The notes: a model not told the origin generated them from the sequence alone. Positions 30,686-40,313 are shown, counted from the first letter of the stretch. The stretch is DNA of 64,000 bases from Pseudomonadota bacterium (GCA_022705045.1 JAKJFE010000001.1:7909-71908), one strand, 5' to 3'. Numbers and translations are program-made.

Positions 30686-31405
30686 ATGCCATTGACCGAA
30701 GCGCCTTCCATCGCCGGATCCGAACCCTTGCCCGTCGCGCCGCGGGCAGGCGTCAGCCTGCGTTTCGTGATCGGGCTCGGCGTGTCGCTGGTGTTGCACG
30801 GCTGTCTGCTTGGCCTGCTGATGATGCAGGCGGGTCCTGCAGGTGCGCCGACGACGACACCCGCGTCCGCCCTGCTGATCGAATGGCGTGAGGCCGCATC
30901 GGTGGCGCCGGCACCGCCGCCACCGGCGCCCTCGCGGCCTGCGGCCACGGTGGCGACGTCGGCAAAGACCACGCCCGACCCGGCGGCGGTGATGGCGGTG
31001 CACAGCGAAGCGGCCGAGGCGCGGGTCGAACCCGAGGCGGCCGCGGCGGCGGCCTCGGCCGTCGAATCGACGAATGCGACATCGACGGTCGCGACGGCAT
31101 CGATGCCGCCTGCCGCCGCCGATGCCTATCTCTGGGACGTGCTCGCGCATCTGCGCCGCTTCCAGCATTACCCCGAACGTGCGCGTCGGGACGGTGTCGA
31201 AGGCACGGTCTGGTTGCGCGCCCGCGTCTCGCGTCGCGGCGAGGTGTTGCGGGCCGAGATCGAGCACAGCTCCGGCGACGATCTGCTGGATGGCGCCGCG
31301 GCGCGGCTGATCGCGCGCGCTTCGCCCTTGCCGCCACCGCCCACGGGTGCGTTCGCCATCACCGACCTGCGGCTGCCGGTCGAATATCGGCTGAGCCGCG
31401 AATGA
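30686..31405 (+). CDS. TonB-family energy transducer
   Basis: N-terminal TM, Pro/Ala-rich spacer (APAPPPPAPSRPA), C-terminal TonB domain YPERARRDGVEGTVWLRARVSRRGEVL...SSGDDLLDGAA. Confidence 0.8.
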   Translation: MPLTEAPSIAGSEPLPVAPRAGVSLRFVIGLGVSLVLHGCLLGLLMMQAGPAGAPTTTPASALLIEWREAASVAPAPPPPAPSRPAATVATSAKTTPDPAAVMAVHSEAAEARVEPEAAAAAASAVESTNATSTVATASMPPAAADAYLWDVLAHLRRFQHYPERARRDGVEGTVWLRARVSRRGEVLRAEIEHSSGDDLLDGAAARLIARASPLPPPPTGAFAITDLRLPVEYRLSRE

Positions 31406-31902
31406 GTGCATGGACGCCGGTATTCGCCGCGCATGCGACGGAATTGCGCGCGGTGCTGACCCGCGTGCTCGGTGACGCCGCGTTGGCCGAGGACTGCGTG
31501 CAGGACACCGCGTTGCGTCTGCTTGACGCCGATTTCGGCGCGGTGCGCGACGCGCGCGCCTTCATGTTCCAGGTCGGCTACAACCTGGCGCGCGACATGC
31601 TGCGCCGGCGCAGCGTGCGCGGCCCGGCGGTCGACGATGCCGATGCCGCGATTGAGGCCAGCGCCAGCGACGAAGCCAGTCCCGAAGTGCATCTGCTGGC
31701 ACGCGAACAGCTGGCGACCGTGCAGCAGGCCCTGTCGCAGCTGTCCGAGCAGCGTCGCCGCGTATTGTGGCTGGTGCGCGTCGAGGGCCTGAGCCTGAAG
31801 GAGGCCGCGGAGGCCATGGGCATCACCGCCAAAACGGTCGAGAACCACATGACCCAGGCTTTGCGCCAGCTCATGCGCCTGCTGCCCGGCGGTGCATCGT
31901 GA
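31402..31902 (+). CDS. ECF sigma factor, FecI-like
   Basis: ATGA overlap with the tonB-like gene. Region 2 EDCVQDTALRL and region 4 RRRVLWLVRVEGLSLKEAAEAMGITAKTVENHM. Confidence 0.85.
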   Translation: MSAWTPVFAAHATELRAVLTRVLGDAALAEDCVQDTALRLLDADFGAVRDARAFMFQVGYNLARDMLRRRSVRGPAVDDADAAIEASASDEASPEVHLLAREQLATVQQALSQLSEQRRRVLWLVRVEGLSLKEAAEAMGITAKTVENHMTQALRQLMRLLPGGAS

Positions 31903-32893
31903 GCGGCGTCGTGCGGGTCGATGCTGGGGGATGGACGGGCTTGCCGCGTCTTTTCCGCATGAGGGGTGTCCGGTGAGCGATGTGATGCAACAGGCGGCGA
32001 TGCAATGGTGGTTGCAGGTGCGCGACGCGCCGGCGGACGCCAGTGTGCAACGCGCCTTCGATGCCTGGCTGGCAGCGGACGACCGCCATCGCCTCGCCTA
32101 TCTCGATGTGCTGATGGCGCTGAATGCCGCCGCCGAGTCGACGCAGCCGGCGCGTGCCCCGCAGACTGCGGGCTGGATGCGACGCCATGCCGGCTGGGTC
32201 GGCGCCGCGTTCGCGAGCCTGGCCTTCTGTGCCGTGCTGCTCGGTCCGCGCTGGTCCGAGCAGTGGCGCGCGGATGCGGTCGCTCCGCCGGGCTCGGAAC
32301 GCGAGCTGGTGCTCGACGACGGCACCCGGCTCGTACTCGGCGCCGACAGCGCGGTCGCCTACGCGGTCGATGCCGACCGCCGCGACATCACGCTGTTGCG
32401 CGGCACGGTGACGGTCGCGGTCGCCGTCGATCCGCGACCGTTGACGCTGCACTGGCGCGATGCCGAGGTGCGCGACATCGGCACCCGCTTCACCGTGCAG
32501 GCCGCGGCCGATGTCTTGCGCGTTGGCGTCGAGGAAGGACGCGTCGACGTCCGGCGCGGCGGTGCAGCGCCGGTGTCGATCGGCGCCGGCGAGCGGGTCG
32601 ACTGGGACGACGCGAGTCCGACACGCGGCGTCTGGCACGCGGTCGTGGCCACGCCGGATCTGCTGCTGCTGGATCAGGCTCCGGCCGCGTTGGCGGTGGC
32701 GCAATGGGCGGCGCACCGCGGCACCCGGGTCGTCTGGATCGGATCGCCGCCGTCCGGCCTGCCGCTCGATGCGGCGCTGCCGATGCGCACCCGCGACGAT
32801 CAGCAGGCCGCGCTCGCCACGCTGGCGCGGCACTACCGGTTCGACGTCGTGTTGGATGGTGGCGGCGTCCTGGTCCTGCGTTCGTCGCGCTGA
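31892..32893 (+). CDS. FecR-family anti-sigma/sigma regulator
   Basis: N-terminal AMQWWLQVRD...FDAWLAADDRHRLAY, one TM, FecR domain (LDDGTRLVLGADSAV...LLRGTV). Start uncertain (GTG 31892 or 31973). Confidence 0.8.
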   Translation: MHRERRRAGRCWGMDGLAASFPHEGCPVSDVMQQAAMQWWLQVRDAPADASVQRAFDAWLAADDRHRLAYLDVLMALNAAAESTQPARAPQTAGWMRRHAGWVGAAFASLAFCAVLLGPRWSEQWRADAVAPPGSERELVLDDGTRLVLGADSAVAYAVDADRRDITLLRGTVTVAVAVDPRPLTLHWRDAEVRDIGTRFTVQAAADVLRVGVEEGRVDVRRGGAAPVSIGAGERVDWDDASPTRGVWHAVVATPDLLLLDQAPAALAVAQWAAHRGTRVVWIGSPPSGLPLDAALPMRTRDDQQAALATLARHYRFDVVLDGGGVLVLRSSR

Positions 32894-32938
32894 CGCGCTA
32901 GGGTGGGCCGCATTCCGACGCAAGGAAGCCGATCATCG

Positions 32939-35305
32939 ATGCGTTCGCCACGAATTCTGCCGCTGTGCACGTCGCTCGCGCTGGCCATGGCGACGCCCGT
33001 GCGCGCCTGCGATCTCGAACGCGTGCTGGGCGCCCCGACATCAGCGGGTGCGTTGTTGCAGACGACACGCGCCCTCGCGGACGCCAGCGGCTGCCGCATC
33101 CTGCTCGGCACGGATCTGGCCGGGCGCGAGGCGCCCGCGTTGTCCGCCGGCACGGCGACAGGCGACGCCCTCGATCGCATCGCCATCGCGCTCGATCTCA
33201 ATTGGACCCAGGATGACAGCGGCACGCTGCATGTCGTGGCGTTGGCCGATGGCGCTCCGGCCACCGCCAGTGCCACCTTGACCATCGCCGCGACACGGGT
33301 GCCGGCCCCGCTGCCGACACCGGTCGAGCAGGCACGTCTGCCCGGCGAGCGCGGTCCGGCGACCCCGCGCACAGCGCTGGGTGATGCGCAGTTCGACGAC
33401 GACGCCCTGCACGACTACACGACCGCGGTGGCGCGTGCGCCTGGCGTGTACGGGATGGCCTCGAGCGACGTGATCCGCGGCATCGGCGCGTCACGTCTTT
33501 CGCCGAGTCAGCGCGCCAGCCTGCTCACCCTCGACGGTATCCCCTTGCCCGCCGAAGCCTGGCTGTTCAACCGGCCGGGGCTGGGCCTGGTGCGCGGCCT
33601 CGACATCACCCGCGCCGGTACCGGACTCGCCAGTGCCTATGGCGCCGGGGCCGGCGATCTGGCCATGAGCACGCGCGCACCGTCGTCCGAGCCCCAGGCC
33701 AGTCTGGCCACGACGTATGCGTCAAGCCAGGCGCCACAAGTCTTCGCCAGCGCCACCGGCGGCTTCGGTGTGCCTGGCCTGCGCACCGCGGTCGGCGCCG
33801 GTCGCCAGATCGGCAGCGAAGCGATGGCGGCGGCGGCCGAGCCGGATGTGTTCCGCCAACATCAATATTCGGCCCGTCTCGCCTGGCAAAGCCCGGCCGG
33901 CGCGCATGTGCTGCAGGCCAGCGCGATCGATTTCCGGCGCGCCGATTTCGGCGGCGGCGAAGCGCCTTGCGGCGGTGGCCAGCCGCATTGCGTGCTCGGC
34001 GCCGACATCGGCATCGACGGCGCCGCGGCCAGCTGGCAATGGCAGATCGACGAAGCCTGGCGGCTGCTGGTTCTCGCCGGCAGTTCCGACACGCGCGCCA
34101 CGGTGTTGCGCGCGGATCTCGGCGAACTGCAGCCGGCACAACCCGCCTTCATCGGCATGATGCATGCGGAAGCGCGCGTGGAAGTCGCCATGTCGCCGCA
34201 CAGCACGCTCAGTGCCGGCCTGATGCAGGCGCGCCGCGACTACCGCCTGCATGGCGAGCGTCGCTTCACGATCAACAACAGCACCGCGGGACCGCTCGGC
34301 ATGGTGCCCGCCGGTCCCGGTGCGGGCAGCCTCGTGTATGCGAATACCGAAACGGCGCGCACCGATCTGCCGCAGGTGTATGCCGAGTGGGCGTTCGACG
34401 ATGGCCAGCACTGGGACGGCCACATCGGCCTGCGTGCCGTCGACACCGAATCGGCGTCGCGCATCGACGTGCGCGATGTCGTCCATGAGAACTGCGCCAT
34501 CGCGCCGGGCCGTCATCCCGGACTGACGACCTGCGCCGAAGCGCTGGTCGCGCTGGTACAGGCGCGCAACGACCGCATCCGCCATCGCGATGGCCTGTGG
34601 CTGCCGAACGCCACGCTGCGTTGGCGCGACGAGGACGGCCAGTGGTTGGCCTTGCAGTGGCGCGAGGGATTCCTCGGTTCCGACGTCAACACGCTGGCGC
34701 TCAGTCCCGATTCGGCGCTCGAGCGCGTGCGAACCGGCGAACTGGCCTGGCTGCGGCCGCTCGGACCGTCGCTGCAACTGGAATGGCGGGTCTTCCACCA
34801 CGACTGGCGTGATCGCGTCGCGAACCTGACCGGTGACCTGCCCGACGCCCTGCGCTTCGACAGCGAGATCCTCGGCAGCGAATGGCAGCTCGGCAGTCGA
34901 CCGCAGGGGCGCGGCGAATGGTGGCTGCAAGCGAGTGCCCTGCACACGCGTTCGAATCTGCGCGTGCTGGCGCGCGACGACGCGGCCGTGCGCGGTGCGC
35001 CGTCGTGGTCGGCCGGGCTCGGCGGACGTTGGCGCTTCCGCAACGGCGGCTACGTCGGCGGGCATTTCGGCCACGCCGAGCCGACCTGGATCGTCAACGA
35101 CAACGCCTCGACCGAACGCCTGCCCGCGCGTGACCTGCTCGACCTGCGTGTCGGATTCCGCCGCGAGCATTACGACGTCTCGCTCTGGGGCACCAACCTG
35201 CTCGACGACGACTACGTGGCCGATGCCTACGGCCAAAGCGTGCTGCTCACGCCCTATCACGCCTACGACCGCATCGTCGGCATCGACCTGCGCGCCGACT
35301 TCTGA
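32939..35305 (+). CDS. TonB-dependent receptor/transducer with N-terminal STN signalling domain (FecA-like)
   Basis: Signal peptide, STN-like segment, plug motifs (APGVY...IRGIG...TLDGIPL), long beta-barrel, terminal aromatic ...DLRADF. Confidence 0.75.
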   Translation: MRSPRILPLCTSLALAMATPVRACDLERVLGAPTSAGALLQTTRALADASGCRILLGTDLAGREAPALSAGTATGDALDRIAIALDLNWTQDDSGTLHVVALADGAPATASATLTIAATRVPAPLPTPVEQARLPGERGPATPRTALGDAQFDDDALHDYTTAVARAPGVYGMASSDVIRGIGASRLSPSQRASLLTLDGIPLPAEAWLFNRPGLGLVRGLDITRAGTGLASAYGAGAGDLAMSTRAPSSEPQASLATTYASSQAPQVFASATGGFGVPGLRTAVGAGRQIGSEAMAAAAEPDVFRQHQYSARLAWQSPAGAHVLQASAIDFRRADFGGGEAPCGGGQPHCVLGADIGIDGAAASWQWQIDEAWRLLVLAGSSDTRATVLRADLGELQPAQPAFIGMMHAEARVEVAMSPHSTLSAGLMQARRDYRLHGERRFTINNSTAGPLGMVPAGPGAGSLVYANTETARTDLPQVYAEWAFDDGQHWDGHIGLRAVDTESASRIDVRDVVHENCAIAPGRHPGLTTCAEALVALVQARNDRIRHRDGLWLPNATLRWRDEDGQWLALQWREGFLGSDVNTLALSPDSALERVRTGELAWLRPLGPSLQLEWRVFHHDWRDRVANLTGDLPDALRFDSEILGSEWQLGSRPQGRGEWWLQASALHTRSNLRVLARDDAAVRGAPSWSAGLGGRWRFRNGGYVGGHFGHAEPTWIVNDNASTERLPARDLLDLRVGFRREHYDVSLWGTNLLDDDYVADAYGQSVLLTPYHAYDRIVGIDLRADF

Positions 35306-35308
35306 GAC

Positions 35309-36454
35309 TCAGAACAACTCGCCCTGCGGAGACGGTTTGCGTGGCGGGCGGAACTGCGTGGTGTCGAGTGCCACGTCCTCGTTGCGACCGAGATAGCCGA
35401 GCCGTTGCGTCGCGATCTTGATGCGACGCCGGATCAGGTCCGCGAACACACCTTCGCCGCGCATGCGGGTCCTGAAGTCGGCGACATAGTCCTGACCGCC
35501 ACGCATCTGCTGCACCAGGCTCATCACGTGGGTGGCGCGCTCCGGAAAGTGCACCGCCAGCCATTCGCGGAACAGGTCTTTCAGCTCGTGCGGCAGGCGC
35601 ACGATCGTGTAGCTCGCACTGCTGGCGCCGGCTTCGCGCGCGGCTTCGAGCACGGCTTCGAGATCGCGGTCGTTGATCATCGGGATGATCGGCGCGACGA
35701 ACACGCCGACCGGCACGCCGGCTTCGTGCAGACGGCGGATCGCCGCGATACGTCGATGCGGCGCACTCGCCCGCGGCTCCATCTTCGATGACAACAGGTT
35801 GTCCATCGAGGTGACCGAGAAGAACACCTGCACGAGGTTCTGCTTCGCCATCGGCGCGAGCAGATCGAGATCACGCTCGACCATCGCGTTCTTGGTGATG
35901 AGGGTCAGCGGATGCGCGCATTCGGCCAGCACTTCGAGAATGCCGCGCGTGAGCCGGTGCTCGCGTTCGATCGGCTGATACGGATCGGTATTCGCGCCGA
36001 GATTGATCGGCGAACAGACATAACCCGGCTTCGCGAGTTCGACGCGCAACTGCTCGACGGCATTGCTCTTGGCGGTCAGCTTCGTTTCGAAATCGAGGCC
36101 GGCGGACAGGTTGAGATAGCTGTGTGTCGGCCGCGCGTAGCAGTAAAAACACCCGTGCTCGCAACCGCGATACATGTTGATCGATTGCGTGAACGCGATG
36201 TCCGGCGAATCGTTGCGGCTGATGATGCTGCGTGCGCGCTCGACGGTGACCTGCGTCGGCGGTCGCGCAACGGCGGCGAGATCGTCTTCCGGGAACCAGC
36301 CGTCGTCCTCACGCTCGACACGCGTCGATTCGAAGCGACCTTCGCGATTCGTCGCTGCGCCGCGACCCTTGATGCGCGTCAGCGGTGCGCGCCGCGTGTC
36401 GTTGTCTTCACTCACGTCCATGCTCCGGCGGAATGCGGAGCCGTCATGCTGCAT
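35309..36454 (-). CDS. PA0069-family radical SAM protein
   Basis: CEHGCFYCYA (CxxxCxxC) cluster motif with N-terminal GRGAATNREGRF. Start at MQHDG (36454) or MDVSED (36421). Confidence 0.85.
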   Translation of the reverse strand: MQHDGSAFRRSMDVSEDNDTRRAPLTRIKGRGAATNREGRFESTRVEREDDGWFPEDDLAAVARPPTQVTVERARSIISRNDSPDIAFTQSINMYRGCEHGCFYCYARPTHSYLNLSAGLDFETKLTAKSNAVEQLRVELAKPGYVCSPINLGANTDPYQPIEREHRLTRGILEVLAECAHPLTLITKNAMVERDLDLLAPMAKQNLVQVFFSVTSMDNLLSSKMEPRASAPHRRIAAIRRLHEAGVPVGVFVAPIIPMINDRDLEAVLEAAREAGASSASYTIVRLPHELKDLFREWLAVHFPERATHVMSLVQQMRGGQDYVADFRTRMRGEGVFADLIRRRIKIATQRLGYLGRNEDVALDTTQFRPPRKPSPQGELF

Positions 36455-36483
36455 GGGTGCGGTCGCATGATCCGAGACCGGAT

Positions 36484-38190
36484 TCAGTGCCCGCAGGCGG
36501 CGACCGCATCGGCGCGCAGCAGCAGCCAGTCGCGACGGTTGCCCTTGCCGAGGTCGATGGCGCGCGCGCGATCCGCGCAGTCCGGCACGGTGGCGGCATC
36601 GGCGAAGAGGGCGCGTTGTTCCGGCGCGGCACGCAGCCAACGGACCGCATCGGCGAACTGTTCCGCAGCAGGACGCTTGAAGCCGAACTCGGCGACCGGT
36701 CCGATCGCCTGCAGCAGATGCTGCTCGCGCCAGCCGACCAGCCCCAGCGTGGTGTCCGCGGCCACCGCGTCGCGGGCCCGTTGCATCACCGCACGCCCGG
36801 AACTGTGTGCGTCGAGCAGTGGATAGGCGACCGTGCTCAAGCCGATCCACAGCGCCGCCATCAGCGTGAAGCAGGCGCGCAGTGCGTGGCGGGTTCGCCA
36901 CCACCCCGCGGCGGCGACACCGGTCGCACCGACGCCAGCCAGCATCCACCACAAGGCGTCGACGTGACCGCTGAGTTCGCGCGCGGCTTCCTGCTTCGCC
37001 TCGAATTTCGGTTCGCCGAACACGGCCATCAGTCCGCCGATGAGCAAGGGCAGGGACAGCGCCCACACGAAGCCGAGCACGAGCCGACGGAAGCCGGTGC
37101 GACGCGACGCGAACACGAGGCCGGGTGCCAAGCCCACGCAAACCATCGGCAGGATCGGCAGGATGTACATGTCGCGCTTGCCCGGCGATGCCGAAAAGAA
37201 CAGCAGCACCACGAGTGCCCACACCAGCGGGATGAACACGCGGGCGTCGTGCCGGTCTCGCAGACGACGCCACGCATACGCCAGTGCCCAGGGCCAGGCC
37301 AGCACGAAGGGCAGCCAGGTCGTCAGCATCACCTCGCCGAAATACCACCATGGCTGGAAGTGATGATCCGGATTCGCATACCGTCGCGCGGTCTGACCGA
37401 GCAGGATTTCGCGGACATAGGCCGACAGTTCGGCGTCGTCCCGCAGCCAGGTGGTCAGGATCAGCGGGCCGAGCCATAGCGAGGCTGCGGCGACGAAGGC
37501 GAGCGGGCCCCAGGCCCAGTCAAAAGATCGCGGGGCGGAGCCCGCTCCCACGAGCATGTACGAACGCCGAGCAGAATTCTTTGGTGGGAGCGGGCTCCGT
37601 CCCGCGATCCTTCTCGCCACCGCGATCACCGGCAACATCAGCAAGGCCAACGCGCCCACACCCTTGGCAATGGTGCCGATCGCCGCCATGAACCAGCCGG
37701 CCGCATGGGTGACGCGCGACGGTGCCAGCAGCGCATGGCTCATGAACGCATGGGTCGCCGCCGTCGTCGCGAACACCAGAAACGGGTCGATCTGCGCGCG
37801 CTTGGCCTGATAGGTGAACTGGAAGGCAAACAGCAGCATTAGCGCCGCAAGTCTCGCCGCACGCCGTCCCCAGAGTTTGAGCGAGAGGTCGAAGGTCAAC
37901 GCGATCGTGCCGAGACTGGCCAGCAGCGACGGCAACAGGAAAGCGATGCGCCATTCGCCGGTGGCCGAATGTGCGGCCGTCAGCAGCCACATGAACAGCG
38001 GCGGCTTGTCCGGGTAGATCTCGTGCCCGCGATGCGGAATCAGCAGGTCGCCGCTCTCGACCATCTGCTTCGCGACCAGCACGAAACGCGGCTCGTCCGC
38101 CGGCCATGGATCACGCAGGCCGAGGCCGATACCGAGCACCAGCAAGGCCAGCGCCATCACGAACCAGAAATCGCGCGAGCGCAGCGTCAT
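36484..38190 (-). CDS. glycosyltransferase family 39 (ArnT/PMT-like GT-C membrane glycosyltransferase)
   Basis: Start MTLRSRDFWF (ATGA overlap with the upstream kinase stop). First-loop ADEPRF...PDKPPLFMW motif, more than 10 TMs, soluble C-terminal domain. The ORF-track N-terminal extension to 38850 is discarded. Confidence 0.8.
   Translation of the reverse strand: MTLRSRDFWFVMALALLVLGIGLGLRDPWPADEPRFVLVAKQMVESGDLLIPHRGHEIYPDKPPLFMWLLTAAHSATGEWRIAFLLPSLLASLGTIALTFDLSLKLWGRRAARLAALMLLFAFQFTYQAKRAQIDPFLVFATTAATHAFMSHALLAPSRVTHAAGWFMAAIGTIAKGVGALALLMLPVIAVARRIAGRSPLPPKNSARRSYMLVGAGSAPRSFDWAWGPLAFVAAASLWLGPLILTTWLRDDAELSAYVREILLGQTARRYANPDHHFQPWWYFGEVMLTTWLPFVLAWPWALAYAWRRLRDRHDARVFIPLVWALVVLLFFSASPGKRDMYILPILPMVCVGLAPGLVFASRRTGFRRLVLGFVWALSLPLLIGGLMAVFGEPKFEAKQEAARELSGHVDALWWMLAGVGATGVAAAGWWRTRHALRACFTLMAALWIGLSTVAYPLLDAHSSGRAVMQRARDAVAADTTLGLVGWREQHLLQAIGPVAEFGFKRPAAEQFADAVRWLRAAPEQRALFADAATVPDCADRARAIDLGKGNRRDWLLLRADAVAACGH
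37526..37609. repeat. REP-type palindromic element lying in frame inside the GT39 CDS (26-bp arms, 1 mismatch, 32-nt spacer, 84 bp total)
   Basis: GATCGCGGGGCGGAGCCCGCTCCCAC (37526-37551) and GTGGGAGCGGGCTCCGTCCCGCGATC (37584-37609). Same architecture as, and 19/25 arm identity to, the element at 20401-20483. Confidence 0.8.
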
Positions 38191-40313
38191 TTGCTGGTCC
38201 GTACGATCGGCAGCGTCAGCACGAAGCGCGCACCGCCACCTTCGGCGTTCTCGGCGCGCACGCTGCCACCATGTTCCTCGGCGATCTTCTGCACCATCGC
38301 GAGGCCGAGACCGCCGCCCTTGGGCTTGGTGCTCATGTAGGGCTCGAACCAGCGGCCGTCGAACTGCGCGGGCAGGCCCGGGCCGTGGTCGCGCACGACC
38401 AGTTCCAGCTGTTCGTCGCGTTGCGCGAGCGCGGCATCGATGCTGATGCCGTGGCCGCCGGCCTCGATCGCATTGGTCAGCAGGTTCACGAGCAATTGCC
38501 GCAGACGTTCGCGGTCGCCACGGATCGGCGGCAGCGGCTCGGCGATGGTCCGGGCGATCCGGCATTGCCCGCTCGATTCGTACAGGTCGAGCACCTCGTT
38601 GAACAAGGCGTCGAGCGCGAGCGGACGCAGGTCGATGCGCGCCGGCTTCGCGTAGTCGCCGAACGCGTTGACCAGTCCTTTCAAGGCCTCCACCTGGGCG
38701 ACGATGGTTTGTGTCGCGCGATCGAGGACCTGTGCATCGGCCGGTTCGAGCTTGCCCTTGAAGCGATGCTGCATGCGTTCGGCGGCGAGCTGGATCGGCG
38801 TCAGCGGATTCTTGATCTCGTGCGCGAGTCGGCGTGCGACCTCGCTCCATGCGGCTTCGCGCTGTGCCTGCGCGATCACCGTCATGTCGTCGATGATGAC
38901 GACATAGCGCGCGCTGTCGCCGGACAGCTGCACCGCACGCAGCAGCAACGCCCGCGGCGGATCACGGGGCAAGGCGAGTTCATCGCGCCATTCGGAACGC
39001 GACTCGGCGTTGCGGCCGCGGATGCCGGCGATCACGGCCGCGGCGATCGGCGACGCATCGGCCGCGGCGTCCAGCGGCTCCGCGATCAGCGCATCGAGTG
39101 GACAGGCCAACAGTTCCGCCGCCGCGGCATTCGCGGTCAGCACCCGTTCGCGGTCGACGCTGATGACGCCGGCCGACAGGCGCGACAACACCGCCGCGAG
39201 ATGCGCGCGCGCCTGTTCGGTCTCGATGCGGCTCGCCTGTTCGCGCGCGTCGAGTTCGGCAAGGTCGCGGCTCATGCGGTTGAAGGCCGTGGTCAGTGCG
39301 CCGAGTTCGTCCTGCGAATCGACCGCGATCTGTGCGCCGAAACGGCCCTCGCCGATCTCGGTCGTGGCCGCGGCCATGCGCGCGATCGGCTGGGTCAATC
39401 GCCGCGTGGCGGCGAGCGCGGCCAGCAAGGTCGCGAGCAAGGCCAGCAAGGTCACGAAGCCGAGGATCAGCACGAAGGTGGTCTTCAGCGCGCCGCGCTG
39501 GAAGCGCAGTTGCGCGTAGTCGATGCTGCTGCGTTCGAGCAGGGCGAGTTGCGGCGCCAGCTCGGGCGGCAGCGGCTGGATCCACTGCAACAAATGCGCG
39601 CGACCGAGCACGTCGGTGGCCGTGGTGACGGCGCGGACCACCAGCGTGTCGCCGAGCGTGGGGGTCTGCGCGATGCGGCCGGAGTCGCCGATCTGCAGCC
39701 GCAGCGCTTCGTCCGGCGCCGGCGGTTGCGTGATCGCGGTGGTGCTGAAGGCGAGTGCTTCGAGGCTGCCGTTGGCGTCGTAGCTCGCGAGGTGTGCGAT
39801 CAATGCGCTGTCGGATTCCAGCGTCACGTCGAGCACCGCCTGCACGTCGCCGAGCGGATCGGCGGCAACGCGCGATGCGAGGCCATCGAGTTGGGCCAAG
39901 GTTGCGCGCTGCTCGCGTTCCAGCACCTGTGCGCCGAGTGCGGTCGCCGCATCATGTGCGGCTTCAAGATCGACCCGAAACCACGAATCGATGCCGGCAT
40001 TGAGGAAACGCATCGCGAACACCGCGACGAGCAGGGCTGCGGGCACCGAGATGGTGCCGAGCAGCAGCGCCAATCGGGCATTGAGGCGCGCACCTGGGCG
40101 GGCTTCGCTGCGTTCGCGCCACAGCCGATGCAGTTCGCGTGCGATGCTCGCGAGCAGGACCAGCACGGCCACGGCCGCGATGCCGAACAGCCAGCCATAC
40201 GCGGCACCGAGGCGGCTCTGCGCGCTCTCGGCGTCGGCGGCCAGCCACAGGGCCGCCACCAGCAACGCGAGCGCGGCCAAGGTCGGCAGCAGCCAGATCA
40301 GGCGCCGCGACAT
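38187..40313 (-). CDS. NtrY-like sensor histidine kinase (multi-TM, HAMP, PAS, HisKA, HATPase)
   Basis: H-box LAHEIKNPLTPI, N-box NLLTNAIEAG, G-boxes DHGPGL and GGLGLAMV. TGATG overlap with the upstream DUF4390-like gene if the start is ATG 40313. Confidence 0.85.
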   Translation of the reverse strand: MSRRLIWLLPTLAALALLVAALWLAADAESAQSRLGAAYGWLFGIAAVAVLVLLASIARELHRLWRERSEARPGARLNARLALLLGTISVPAALLVAVFAMRFLNAGIDSWFRVDLEAAHDAATALGAQVLEREQRATLAQLDGLASRVAADPLGDVQAVLDVTLESDSALIAHLASYDANGSLEALAFSTTAITQPPAPDEALRLQIGDSGRIAQTPTLGDTLVVRAVTTATDVLGRAHLLQWIQPLPPELAPQLALLERSSIDYAQLRFQRGALKTTFVLILGFVTLLALLATLLAALAATRRLTQPIARMAAATTEIGEGRFGAQIAVDSQDELGALTTAFNRMSRDLAELDAREQASRIETEQARAHLAAVLSRLSAGVISVDRERVLTANAAAAELLACPLDALIAEPLDAAADASPIAAAVIAGIRGRNAESRSEWRDELALPRDPPRALLLRAVQLSGDSARYVVIIDDMTVIAQAQREAAWSEVARRLAHEIKNPLTPIQLAAERMQHRFKGKLEPADAQVLDRATQTIVAQVEALKGLVNAFGDYAKPARIDLRPLALDALFNEVLDLYESSGQCRIARTIAEPLPPIRGDRERLRQLLVNLLTNAIEAGGHGISIDAALAQRDEQLELVVRDHGPGLPAQFDGRWFEPYMSTKPKGGGLGLAMVQKIAEEHGGSVRAENAEGGGARFVLTLPIVRTSK

